Below, piece by piece: positions 33,138 to 41,964 of a stretch of DNA of 64,000 nt. Source of the DNA: Deltaproteobacteria bacterium (GTDB taxonomy: Bacteria; Desulfobacterota; Syntrophia; Syntrophales; UBA8958); the NCBI GenBank assembly GCA_026388335.1, contig JAPLJZ010000268.1, positions 1,872 to 65,871 of the forward strand, in the 5' to 3' direction. Numbering within the stretch: position 1 is the first letter of the stretch; each line of letters begins with the position of its first letter. A program made the position numbers and the translations under genes. The notes beneath the pieces were generated by a model that saw nothing but the letters and a program-made list of their open reading frames with translations, made no database searches and was not told the DNA's origin.

Positions 33138-35840
33138 TCATTTTCGTGCGAGCTTTTTGCTCGGCGACGGCCTCTTCAATATTTGGTCTGTCCCGGCGTT
33201 GTTGCTGAAATCAAAGGAAAACGTTCCCTCGGCGTCTATATCCAGATGCACACGGGAGGGCATGCCCCCTTCGCTCATGTGGGTGAGGATCGTCTGGGAC
33301 AGCCGGGGGAGGACGTTGCCGTTCAGGATGTACTCGATGTTCCGTGCCCCTGTTTCCACTTCGGTGCAACGGGCGGTGATGGCATCTACCACTGCCGGGG
33401 CGTAGGTCATGGCCATCTTATTGTTTTCCATGAGGCTTTTCTGAACCTTCTTCAGTTTCAGCTCGACGATGAGGTGCATGGCCTCGGCGTTGAGGCTGTA
33501 GAAGGGGATGACGTTCATACGGGCCAGGAGGGCCGGTTTGAAATGAGACGAAAGAATAGGCCGGACGGCCCCGGCGACAACGTCCGCTGCCGGCGCTTCG
33601 GGTCCGGCGGTCATCTCCTGGATCACGTCCGAAGCGAGATTGCTGGTCAGGATCATGATCGTGTTGCGGAAGTTGATCTCCTTGCCCTCGCCGTCGTTGG
33701 CGATACCCTTGTCGAAGATCTGGTAGAACAGGTTCATGACATCGATATGGGCCTTTTCCGATTCGTCCAGCAGGACGACGGAGTAGGGCCGCTGCCGGAC
33801 GGCTTCGGTCAGCATGCCGCCCTCGCCGTAACCGACGTAGCCGGGGGGAGAGCCGATGAGGCGGCTTACCGTATGGCTTTCCTGAAACTCGCTCATGTTG
33901 ATCGTCACGACGTTCTTTTCGCTGCCAAAGAGCATGTCCGCCAGGGCGAGGCCGGTTTCCGTCTTTCCCGTTCCGCTGGGGCCGGCAAAGAGGAACACGC
34001 CGATGGGCTGAGTCGGGCTTTTGATGCCTGACTTGGCTGCCCGAATGACTTCCGCCAGGGCTCCCATGGCGGCGTCCTGACCCTTGATCCGCTCCTTGAG
34101 GCGATCTTCCAGGTGGATAATGGTTTCCGCTTCATCCTTGAGCATCTTCCCCAGGGGGATGCCCGTCCAGTCGGAAACGACTTGGGCGACGGCGTCGGGG
34201 TCCACCTCAATCTGGATCAGCGGTTCATCTCCCTGGAGATCCTTCAGCGCCTGAGCGGCCGCATCCAACTGTTTTATAAGATCTTCCTTTTTATCTTGCT
34301 CTTCTTTTTCCGGCCCTTCCGTCGTCAGGGCGTTGAGCTGTTCCCGGATGGTGACAACCTGATGAGCGGCTTCCTTCTCCTTCATCCACCGTTCCTGAAG
34401 CTGATCAGCCTCATCATGGACGGCCTTGCGCTTGTCCACGACGCCTTGGTACTTTTCCTCGTCGATTTTGGCGCCGTTGGCCCGGTCACGGTCCATCGCC
34501 TTGAGTTCGCGGTCATAGGCCTGTACGGCCCGCTCCTTGGCCTCCAGTAAGGCGGGTTTGCCGGTCAGGTTGACCTTGACCCGGGCGCAGCTTGTATCCA
34601 TCAGGTCGATGGCCTTGTCGGGGAGGAAGCGCCCGGTTATATAACGATTGGAAAATTCGGCGGCAGCCACGACGGCGTCGTCCCGGACGATTACCTTATG
34701 GGCCTTTTCATAACTGGCCTTGAGTCCCCGGAGCATGAGAATCGTTGTCTCCACATCGGGCTCGTCCAGCTTGACGAGCTGGAAACGCCGGGCCAGGGCC
34801 GGATCTTTTTCGAAGTATTTTTTGTATTCGCTCCACGTAGTGGCGGCGATTGTCCGCAATTCCCCCCGCGCCAGCGCCGGCTTCAGCAAGTTTGCCGCAT
34901 CTCCGCCTCCCGCAGCGGCGCCGGCGCCGATCAGGGTATGGGCCTCATCGATGAAAAGGATTATCGGTTTTTCCGAGGACTTGATCTCATTGATGACCCC
35001 TTTGAGACGGTTTTCGAATTCCCCCTTCATGCCCGCGCCGGCTTCGAGAGCCCCCATGTCCAGCCCCAAAAGGGTTACGCCCTTGAGCATGTCCGGGACG
35101 TCATTTTCTACGATTCGCAGGGCCATGCCTTCGACGACCGCTGTTTTACCGACGCCGGGTTCCCCGACACAGATGGGGTTGTTTTTGCGCCGCCGGGCCA
35201 GGATGTCGATCATCTGGCGGATCTCGTTGTCCCGGCCGAAGACCGGATCGATATCTCCCTCGGCAGCCCGCTGGGTAAAGTCCATGCAGAAACGGCTGGT
35301 GAATGACCCGTCCCCTCTGATCGCGGCCGGTTCCCCCGGCGCCGATTCCTTGGCCCCCTTTTCCGTTTCCGTGGAGGATCCGGTCAAGGTCCAGAATTCC
35401 TTGCTCAAGGCCTCCCGGCCAATACCTTTGAGCAGGTCCGCATACCTTCCCGTTGCATACAGGGTGGGCTTGGCCAGGAACGCCAGGAGTATGGCCCCCG
35501 AACGAATTTTCCTGTCCCCAAGGTCGATAGAGGAAATCAGCCAGGCGTCCTGAATCAGGTCGAGAAGGTGAGGGGAGAAGACCGGCTTGGCGGCATTGCC
35601 CGTCTTGTAATCCTCCAGAGATTGTTCCAGCGCCTTCTGGAGCCTTCCTACCTCCAGACCGAATTTCGGGAGGATCAGCGGCCAATCGGACCGGGGTTCC
35701 TCCAGTAATTTCGTGATGAAATGTTCGACGGTAATTTCATAATGGGTTCTTGAGACGCACAACCCCGCCGCGTTCTGCAAGGCGTTTGTGCAAAAGGCAT
35801 TCATGTGGAGCAACAAAGACTTAATATCGACAGCAATCAT
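33138..35840 (-). CDS. tssH: type VI secretion ATPase ClpV (TssH)
   Basis: 900 aa with two AAA+ modules (GEPGVGKTAVVEG, GPSGTGKTETGLALA) and a ClpB-like N-domain. Confidence 0.93.
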   Translation of the reverse strand: MIAVDIKSLLLHMNAFCTNALQNAAGLCVSRTHYEITVEHFITKLLEEPRSDWPLILPKFGLEVGRLQKALEQSLEDYKTGNAAKPVFSPHLLDLIQDAWLISSIDLGDRKIRSGAILLAFLAKPTLYATGRYADLLKGIGREALSKEFWTLTGSSTETEKGAKESAPGEPAAIRGDGSFTSRFCMDFTQRAAEGDIDPVFGRDNEIRQMIDILARRRKNNPICVGEPGVGKTAVVEGMALRIVENDVPDMLKGVTLLGLDMGALEAGAGMKGEFENRLKGVINEIKSSEKPIILFIDEAHTLIGAGAAAGGGDAANLLKPALARGELRTIAATTWSEYKKYFEKDPALARRFQLVKLDEPDVETTILMLRGLKASYEKAHKVIVRDDAVVAAAEFSNRYITGRFLPDKAIDLMDTSCARVKVNLTGKPALLEAKERAVQAYDRELKAMDRDRANGAKIDEEKYQGVVDKRKAVHDEADQLQERWMKEKEAAHQVVTIREQLNALTTEGPEKEEQDKKEDLIKQLDAAAQALKDLQGDEPLIQIEVDPDAVAQVVSDWTGIPLGKMLKDEAETIIHLEDRLKERIKGQDAAMGALAEVIRAAKSGIKSPTQPIGVFLFAGPSGTGKTETGLALADMLFGSEKNVVTINMSEFQESHTVSRLIGSPPGYVGYGEGGMLTEAVRQRPYSVVLLDESEKAHIDVMNLFYQIFDKGIANDGEGKEINFRNTIMILTSNLASDVIQEMTAGPEAPAADVVAGAVRPILSSHFKPALLARMNVIPFYSLNAEAMHLIVELKLKKVQKSLMENNKMAMTYAPAVVDAITARCTEVETGARNIEYILNGNVLPRLSQTILTHMSEGGMPSRVHLDIDAEGTFSFDFSNNAGTDQILKRPSPSKKLARK

Positions 35841-35873
35841 GGTTCATCCTCCCATATTTAGTTTGATTTTGTT

Positions 35874-35931
35874 GGGGTCAGACTTACTCATTGAAATTTA
35901 ACGTCAAATGTCAATAAGTAAGTCTGACCCC
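35874..35931. repeat. 15-bp perfect inverted repeat between tssG and clpV
   Basis: GGGGTCAGACTTACT (35874-35888) pairs with AGTAAGTCTGACCCC (35917-35931). The loop is 28 nt and AT-rich. Confidence 0.6.
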
Positions 35932-35939
35932 GTTATTGT

Positions 35940-36953
35940 TTAATTCCGGCCTGATCCCGGAAAGATGACGCAACGTTCCATGGGAATGGCCCCTTCCGAA
36001 AAGATCCAGGTATTACATCCCAGCATGGCCTGGGAACTGATGACAGTCGTAGTTAAATCCTGTGGTTTCAAGGTCACTTCCACGTCCCAGGTGAGGGGTT
36101 GGTCAAGATAGAAGCGGATCAACTGCCCTAACTTCTGAAGGTCCGGTTGGCCGGGAAGGTAACGATTAAATGTTTCCCTATTCACTGGTCCGATGTGAAC
36201 TCGGAAGTTTCCCGCCCGGTCGGCAATCCCTTCTCCGAGATAGGCGTCCTCTCCCAGAATATTTCCGGACACTCCCAGAAACAGGCGTTGATCTTTCGGG
36301 ATATTCGCGATGCGCTCCATGCATTGGGTAATATGAATTGCCGGTTCGGAGAGTCCGTCGGCCAGGAGGGCCTTCAAGCCCCCCGCCGATCTGGGGAACT
36401 GGGTCGCCAGGCCGATGTATCTCAACATTCCGTAAGGATTTTCTGCGCTTTCCCTTAACGCCTCTCCGCCCAGACCAGCGAGGCAGTAGAGCCTCTGCAG
36501 GATATCTTTGTCGGGATTCTCGGCGATATTAAAGAAAAGATGATAGTGTTTCCAGATGCCAAAATACAGGGAATAGAGTCGGGAGTTGAAAATATCATAA
36601 AAATCGCGGCTGATGGACCGGTCTTGACCGAGCTCCTGTAGCAGGTCTTCCGTATAGAAGGTCGGCAGGGGCGAGGAGGACCCATAGAGGCCAAGGAATG
36701 CCGCCGTGACCATGAAACTGCCCGGGGGGGTGGATTTTTTTATTTTTGTAATGTCCGATCCCGGAAAGGCGAGGGAAAGTTCCGGACGAACGCGGATTTT
36801 TTTGACAAGCTCATTGATATCAATGTCTGTGCTTGACTCCCGGCGTAGATGCAGCAGCAGAAACCGGAAGGCTTGGATGAATGAAAATCGGCGCCCCTCA
36901 CGGAGAAGTCTTTCTGTCAACTGAGCAGTCGGTCTCCCATTCTCGTCGGCCAT
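35940..36953 (-). CDS. tssG: type VI secretion baseplate subunit TssG
   Basis: 337 aa. The N-terminal RRFSFIQAFRFLL motif is present, and the gene overlaps the tssF stop as usual. Confidence 0.88.
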   Translation of the reverse strand: MADENGRPTAQLTERLLREGRRFSFIQAFRFLLLHLRRESSTDIDINELVKKIRVRPELSLAFPGSDITKIKKSTPPGSFMVTAAFLGLYGSSSPLPTFYTEDLLQELGQDRSISRDFYDIFNSRLYSLYFGIWKHYHLFFNIAENPDKDILQRLYCLAGLGGEALRESAENPYGMLRYIGLATQFPRSAGGLKALLADGLSEPAIHITQCMERIANIPKDQRLFLGVSGNILGEDAYLGEGIADRAGNFRVHIGPVNRETFNRYLPGQPDLQKLGQLIRFYLDQPLTWDVEVTLKPQDLTTTVISSQAMLGCNTWIFSEGAIPMERCVIFPGSGRN

Positions 36954-38650
36954 ACAAATGTTTCTCCGGTTAGGCTCTCTTTCAGCTTAAAAGAGAGAAA
37001 GGTGTTCATGCTGCTGTAGACGCCAAAGAAGAGATCCAGGATACATCCGAAGAGGTACAGATCGCCGAGGCCGGCAAAATAATCCTGTCGGGCGGTCATC
37101 TCTATTTGCTGTCCTCGAATGACCATGCCGTGGATAAGTCGGTCCGTCGGGGTGACGCTGAATTCCAGGATGCCGTCGATTCTTTTCATGTTGGCGGTAA
37201 TCTTGGCTTTATCACGGGATTCAGGAAACACATATAGCCTGAGGAGCTCTTTGAGATTGTCAATATTGGCAAGGGATAGATAGTTCAAAGATAGATGAGA
37301 TAAAAAGCGCCATGTCGCGTTTTCTCCCAGGGGTGGATCGATGGGCGGCGTCGGTGGCAAGACATTCCGGAACGTCAGCAGTTCCGGTGAATCTGATGTC
37401 TGCACGCATATATCGCCGACTTGGAGACGTTCGGGAAGTGTGCCGTTGGTACAGGTCAAACTGATGGACAGTGTTTCTCCTACGAGTTCGGCGCCATCCC
37501 GAGGATACGAGAAAGACAGGTAAATTTCCGGGGCGTCGGTGATCGGAGAACGTGCGTGGTTGACCTGATAAACCGATTGCTGCTGGTCCGTTGATTGAAA
37601 CAGTTCCAGAGGTCGATATTCCTTTTTCGCGACGCTCCCCTGCTCGTAGCCGATGACCTTGTCCACGCTGAAGACTTGATAATGATTCGGATTTTGTGCG
37701 GCCGGCCGGACACGGATTCTTTCCAGGCGGTGATCAAACAGGAATGGATCGGCGTCATGCTTGAACAGATTGATCACCGGCGTCCCGTTCAGAATGAACA
37801 GGTCGGTGGTCACCTTGGAAGGCGCCAGGGGGGAGGGCTTGAGTTCGAAGAAAATCTCAAATTGTTTGCCTTTCCCGCGGTCACGCCACTTTTCCCATCC
37901 CCGGAGTTCAAAGAAAGCAAATTTTCGTTGTAGGATGAAGTATTCCTGTAGCAGGCGGTATCCGGCAAAGGAACGAACAGGAAAAGTCAACAGGGCGTTG
38001 TCCATGTCGAAACCGATCGGCTTCAGGTCTGAAGGGGGGAGGATGCAGTCCTCGCCGCCGCTTGTCGGTCTGATGACAATCCGCTGAAGATAATGGCTCA
38101 GCAGGGTGAAGATGTCCGTGGCCTGCGTAGCGCTTCCTCCCATGAAGAAACCGAGGCGTTGGGGTTGCCAGCGGGACAGGTCCGGACCCGTCAGTTCCAG
38201 AACGAGACGGACCTGTGATGCCCGTGCAGTAGGTTGTTGCAGCTCCGCCGTTACCAGGCGCAGGGGATGGACGTCGATATCAAAGCAGGTCTGGAAGAGA
38301 CAGGGCGTTCCATCGACAGGCACCGAAGCCAGGGAGGTGCCTCTTTTTACGGTGACGGTTTCCGGGAGATTCGGTTTTGGAGAGAAGACCACCACGGATG
38401 TTGAGGGAATTGGTCTGATATAATGGGGAAATGTGACCTCCGTGAGGCTATGGATGATTTCCGGGAAGTCATCGTGCAACTTTTGACGGAGGAGCCCCGT
38501 AAGAAAGGCAACCCCCTCGAGGAGCCTCTCGGCGTCCGGGTCTGACGTGGGACCACTGAGCATGGGGGCCGTCGCCGGGTGCGCCTTGGAAAACTCAACG
38601 GCCAACTGTCTCAGATTCTGTAGTTCCTGCTCGTAGTATTTATTAAACAT
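36917..38650 (-). CDS. tssF: type VI secretion baseplate subunit TssF
   Basis: 577 aa beginning MFNKYYEQELQNLRQLAVEFSKAHPATAPML, the typical TssF N-terminus. Confidence 0.9.
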   Translation of the reverse strand: MFNKYYEQELQNLRQLAVEFSKAHPATAPMLSGPTSDPDAERLLEGVAFLTGLLRQKLHDDFPEIIHSLTEVTFPHYIRPIPSTSVVVFSPKPNLPETVTVKRGTSLASVPVDGTPCLFQTCFDIDVHPLRLVTAELQQPTARASQVRLVLELTGPDLSRWQPQRLGFFMGGSATQATDIFTLLSHYLQRIVIRPTSGGEDCILPPSDLKPIGFDMDNALLTFPVRSFAGYRLLQEYFILQRKFAFFELRGWEKWRDRGKGKQFEIFFELKPSPLAPSKVTTDLFILNGTPVINLFKHDADPFLFDHRLERIRVRPAAQNPNHYQVFSVDKVIGYEQGSVAKKEYRPLELFQSTDQQQSVYQVNHARSPITDAPEIYLSFSYPRDGAELVGETLSISLTCTNGTLPERLQVGDICVQTSDSPELLTFRNVLPPTPPIDPPLGENATWRFLSHLSLNYLSLANIDNLKELLRLYVFPESRDKAKITANMKRIDGILEFSVTPTDRLIHGMVIRGQQIEMTARQDYFAGLGDLYLFGCILDLFFGVYSSMNTFLSFKLKESLTGETFVWPTRMGDRLLS

Positions 38651-38665
38651 TCATATAATTTATAA

Positions 38666-39085
38666 TCATTTTTCCAAGTGCACCATGCCTTCGGCAGTAA
38701 CGACAGTTTCGAAGATTACGGGAGTTGTTTTATCGCGATCCGCCATCATGGCTCCTTCGAGTCTGAATCGCATCGTCGATGTCTCTCCGGTCTTAGGTTC
38801 AAAGTGAACGTCGACCCGTATGAGTCGGGGTTCGTACTTCTGAATCACGGCCTTGATCATATGTTCGAGTTCGCTTGCCGAGGCGTTAAGATTTTCCCCC
38901 GCAAAGTTTGTCATATCGGGCATCCCATAATCATCCGCGATCGGGACGCTTCCCTGACGGGTATTCATCATCTTCTGCAAGTGGCGCAGCACGGACTCAA
39001 GGCCCAGGGAGATATCCCGGGGGCCTCGTTCCCCAGGATTCACCTCCAAATGACGGATTCGCTCCAATAATGTTTCTTCGTACAT
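38666..39085 (-). CDS. tssE: type VI secretion baseplate subunit TssE (gp25-like)
   Basis: 139 aa with an LLERI... N-terminus and GPW/gp25-like size. It lies between hcp and tssF. Confidence 0.85.
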   Translation of the reverse strand: MYEETLLERIRHLEVNPGERGPRDISLGLESVLRHLQKMMNTRQGSVPIADDYGMPDMTNFAGENLNASASELEHMIKAVIQKYEPRLIRVDVHFEPKTGETSTMRFRLEGAMMADRDKTTPVIFETVVTAEGMVHLEK

Positions 39086-39162
39086 AGAATGTGGCCGATT
39101 AAGAGTTGAGAGCTAAGATTCTGCTGATTTCGGTTCTAAGCTCTTCGCTCGTTGGTTGGCTA

Positions 39163-39206
39163 CCCGGTTTCAGGTCTTGGAGAAGTATTCAAGACCTGAA
39201 ACCGGG
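39163..39206 (-). terminator. 17-bp perfect hairpin directly downstream of operonic hcp (possible attenuator)
   Basis: CCCGGTTTCAGGTCTTG-10 nt-CAAGACCTGAAACCGGG. It lies between hcp and tssE. Confidence 0.55.
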
Positions 39207-39218
39207 GATGGTTGGTTA

Positions 39219-39704
39219 TTAAGCTTTCGGCGCTTTCCAGTTGTCTTCCGCCTCGATGCCGTCCGGCGTGTACGTCCAGATGATATCCTCATAGGTGAAG
39301 GCGATTTCCTGCATGTGCTTGAAGGGTTTGTTCTCCTCCAGGAAGGTGTAGGGGAAGAATTCCCGGGAGTTTACAATTATCGCTTCCTTCAGTTTAATGG
39401 TAAAGTATTTTTCCTCCTGCCCTTTTTCGCTGATCCGGAAGAAGGTGATCTCCACATCGGCATGTTCACCGGAGCAGCAAGCCTGGAAGAGCCCTGGTGT
39501 TTGTTTGCCCATGTGGGTGATGACCTTCAGGGGCAGATGGATGCGCTGGCCTGTGGGCAGACCCGTATGGGTGTCCTTGGGGATTTCCACTGCGTGATCC
39601 ATTTGATAGCAGAGAATCAGTCCTTCCCGGCCCTGCTGGTTGCAGTCACCCTTAATTTCGCCCTGATTCTTGCCCGTTACCTTCATGTAAATCGTCATTG
39701 CCAT
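39219..39704 (-). CDS. hcp: type VI secretion tube protein Hcp (TssD), operonic copy
   Basis: 161 aa, paralog of 27579-28064. The shared sequence includes the RBS region and the first nucleotides after the stop. Confidence 0.93.
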   Translation of the reverse strand: MAMTIYMKVTGKNQGEIKGDCNQQGREGLILCYQMDHAVEIPKDTHTGLPTGQRIHLPLKVITHMGKQTPGLFQACCSGEHADVEITFFRISEKGQEEKYFTIKLKEAIIVNSREFFPYTFLEENKPFKHMQEIAFTYEDIIWTYTPDGIEAEDNWKAPKA

Positions 39705-39741
39705 GGTTCATTTCCTCCTTCTTTTAGTTTTGTGTTAAGGG

Positions 39742-41229
39742 TTATTTTTTGTCCAGTTTACCCGACAAGGACAATGTAAACGACGCTCCCATGTACTTGA
39801 AATGGGGCTGTACTGTAAGATTCACACGGTACCAGCCGGGATCGCCTTCCACATCCGAAACGGTTACCTGAGCCTTTCTCAAGGGACGGCGGCTCCTGAC
39901 GCCCGGAGAGACGCTGTCCTGATCAGCGACATACTGACGGATCCAGTTGTTGAGTTCCGTCTCCAGATCGCCCCTTTCCTTCCAGGTCCCGATGTTTTCC
40001 CGCTGAATGACCTTCAGATAATGGGCGAGGCGGCCAATTACAAAAGTATAGGGCAGTTGGGTGCCAAGCTTGTAATTAGTCTCTGCCTGTTTGCCTTCCG
40101 GTGTATTGGGGAAGACCTTAGCCTTCTGGACGGAGTTTGCCGAGAAGAAGGCGGCGTTATCGCTTCCCTTCCGCATCGTCAGGGCGATGAAACCCTCTTC
40201 CGCCAATTCATATTCCCGGCGTTCCGATACGAGGATCTCCGTGGGTATTTTTGTCTGAAGCTCGCCCATGGCCTCATACTGGTAGATAGGCAGATCTTCG
40301 ACGGCGCCTCCCCCCGTGGGGCCGATGATATTGGCGCACCATCGGTATTGGGCAAAGCTGTCGCTGACCCGTGATGCGAAGGCAAAGGATGCATTTCCCC
40401 AGAGAAAGTCGCTGTTGCCTCCGGAAACATTCTCCTTGAAGTTGAAGTTTTTGACCGGCTTCGTATCGGGACCGTAGGGAACACGGAGCAGGAAATGGGG
40501 CAGGGTAAGGGCCACATTCCGCGAGTCCTCACTTTCCCGGAAGGACTGCCACTTGATATATTGGGGCATCTCAAAAATGGACTTGAGATCCTTGAGGTTG
40601 GGAAGGCCGGAAAAGTCCGTCAAGCCGAAAAATTCCGGGCCCGCCGCGCCTATAAACGGGGCATGGGACATGGTCGCCACGGCGGAGACGTGCTGGAGGA
40701 GGCGGATGTCCTGTGCTCCGGGACCGAATTCGTAATTGCTGACCATCATCCCGTAGGGCTTACCTCCGAACTGACCGTATTCACTTGTATAGGCGATCTT
40801 GTACAGACCTGATTTGGTGACCTCCGGGGCGTCTTCAAAGTCGTCTAAGAGGTCCTGTTTGCTCACGTTCATCATTTCTATTTTGATATTTTCCCGGAAA
40901 TCAGTCTTGTCCACGAGGAATCTGAGGGATCGCCAGGCGGCTTCCAGCTTCTGGAACTGCTCATTATGGAGGATGACATCCATCTGTGTGCTTAGTCTCT
41001 GATCCAGGTTGGCAATCATTTCATCAACCAGACCCTGGGTGACCCGCTCCACCATTTTGCCGGGTTTGAGGAGTTCATCGATGAACGCCTGGAGGCCCTG
41101 TTTTGTGGCCGTATAACCTTCGTCCGATGGTTTTAGGCGCGTCGCCTGCACGATTTCATCGAGGAGTGATCCCCCCGCTTCGACCGCCTGAGCCGACGCT
41201 TCCTGTACCTTTTTTTCTTCTGCTGCCAT
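39742..41229 (-). CDS. tssC: type VI secretion sheath large subunit TssC
   Basis: 495 aa with typical TssC/VipB length and segments (LLDEIV..., FLLRVPYGP, GDPGWYR). Confidence 0.92.
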   Translation of the reverse strand: MAAEEKKVQEASAQAVEAGGSLLDEIVQATRLKPSDEGYTATKQGLQAFIDELLKPGKMVERVTQGLVDEMIANLDQRLSTQMDVILHNEQFQKLEAAWRSLRFLVDKTDFRENIKIEMMNVSKQDLLDDFEDAPEVTKSGLYKIAYTSEYGQFGGKPYGMMVSNYEFGPGAQDIRLLQHVSAVATMSHAPFIGAAGPEFFGLTDFSGLPNLKDLKSIFEMPQYIKWQSFRESEDSRNVALTLPHFLLRVPYGPDTKPVKNFNFKENVSGGNSDFLWGNASFAFASRVSDSFAQYRWCANIIGPTGGGAVEDLPIYQYEAMGELQTKIPTEILVSERREYELAEEGFIALTMRKGSDNAAFFSANSVQKAKVFPNTPEGKQAETNYKLGTQLPYTFVIGRLAHYLKVIQRENIGTWKERGDLETELNNWIRQYVADQDSVSPGVRSRRPLRKAQVTVSDVEGDPGWYRVNLTVQPHFKYMGASFTLSLSGKLDKK

Positions 41230-41248
41230 GTTTATGTGCCTCCTCTCC

Positions 41249-41734
41249 TTACGATTCGATATTTAGCTCTTTCAAGAGTCGCCCCCTGGTCCCTTCATCC
41301 TTGATCATATCCTGGATTTTCTTTCTGAATTCCGGAACATTGCCGAGGGGTCCCTTGAGGGCCTTGAGGGCCTCACGCAGTTCGATGAGCTGTTTGAGTT
41401 CCGGCACCTTCTGGATAATCGCATCCGGGTCGAAATCTTTCATTGTCTTGAAGTCCAGATTCACCGTCATTTGGGCGTCCGGATCCGCTGACAGCTTGTT
41501 GGGCGCCACTGCCTCCATCTTGACATTTGATGCCGACAGGACGTCATCAAAATTATCCTTGTCGATACTTACCGGTTTCCGGTCTTCAACAGTCCGATCA
41601 TCCTTGGCGCCGGTGAAGTCTCCCATAACGAGGAACTTCAAGGGCAGTTCGACCTCCTCTTTTGCGTCACCGGTGGCGGGCCTGTAAACGATATTGACCC
41701 GTTCTTTTGGAGCAACAGAAGCTTCCTTTGCCAT
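41249..41734 (-). CDS. tssB: type VI secretion sheath small subunit TssB
   Basis: Begins MAKEASVAPKERVNIVYRPATGDAKEEVELPLKFLVMGDF, the typical TssB/VipA start. The ATG at 41734 follows GGAGG; the longer ORF reaches 41749. Confidence 0.92.
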   Translation of the reverse strand: MAKEASVAPKERVNIVYRPATGDAKEEVELPLKFLVMGDFTGAKDDRTVEDRKPVSIDKDNFDDVLSASNVKMEAVAPNKLSADPDAQMTVNLDFKTMKDFDPDAIIQKVPELKQLIELREALKALKGPLGNVPEFRKKIQDMIKDEGTRGRLLKELNIES

Positions 41735-41827
41735 TTTCCTTACCTCCATGACTTTATTAAAGTTATCGTTTTAAACCTTAGCATCTTTTGTTCTGTGGCT
41801 CTTAACTTTTTTATTTCTTGAGAGCAC

Positions 41828-41843
41828 GGCAAAAGACATACCA
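41828..41843 (-). promoter_or_regulatory. sigma-54 (-24/-12) promoter upstream of tssB
   Basis: The - strand reads TGGTATGTCTTTTGCC, with GG and GC at canonical spacing and a TTTGC -12 element. Confidence 0.6.
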
Positions 41844-41868
41844 ACTACTATATGCTTAAAATTACGCT

Positions 41869-41892
41869 AAATATCAACATAAATATCAACAT
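41869..41892. repeat. perfect tandem 12-mer (AAATATCAACAT x2) just upstream of the tssB sigma-54 promoter
   Basis: Read directly from the sequence. It lies 26-50 nt upstream of the -24 element. Confidence 0.7.
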
Positions 41893-41964
41893 TGACGCCG
41901 ACAGGCGCCGTCCATCGTATGGGCAATCCTCCCCACCCTTCTTTCCTCACCCCCTTGCGAATCT

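Noticed and set aside
33183-35553. Long + strand ORFs (282, 202 and 277 aa) inside the clpV region
   Set aside because: They are antisense to a 900-aa ORF with two unmistakable AAA+ modules. They are Arg/Gly/Pro-rich, typical of GC-rich shadow frames.
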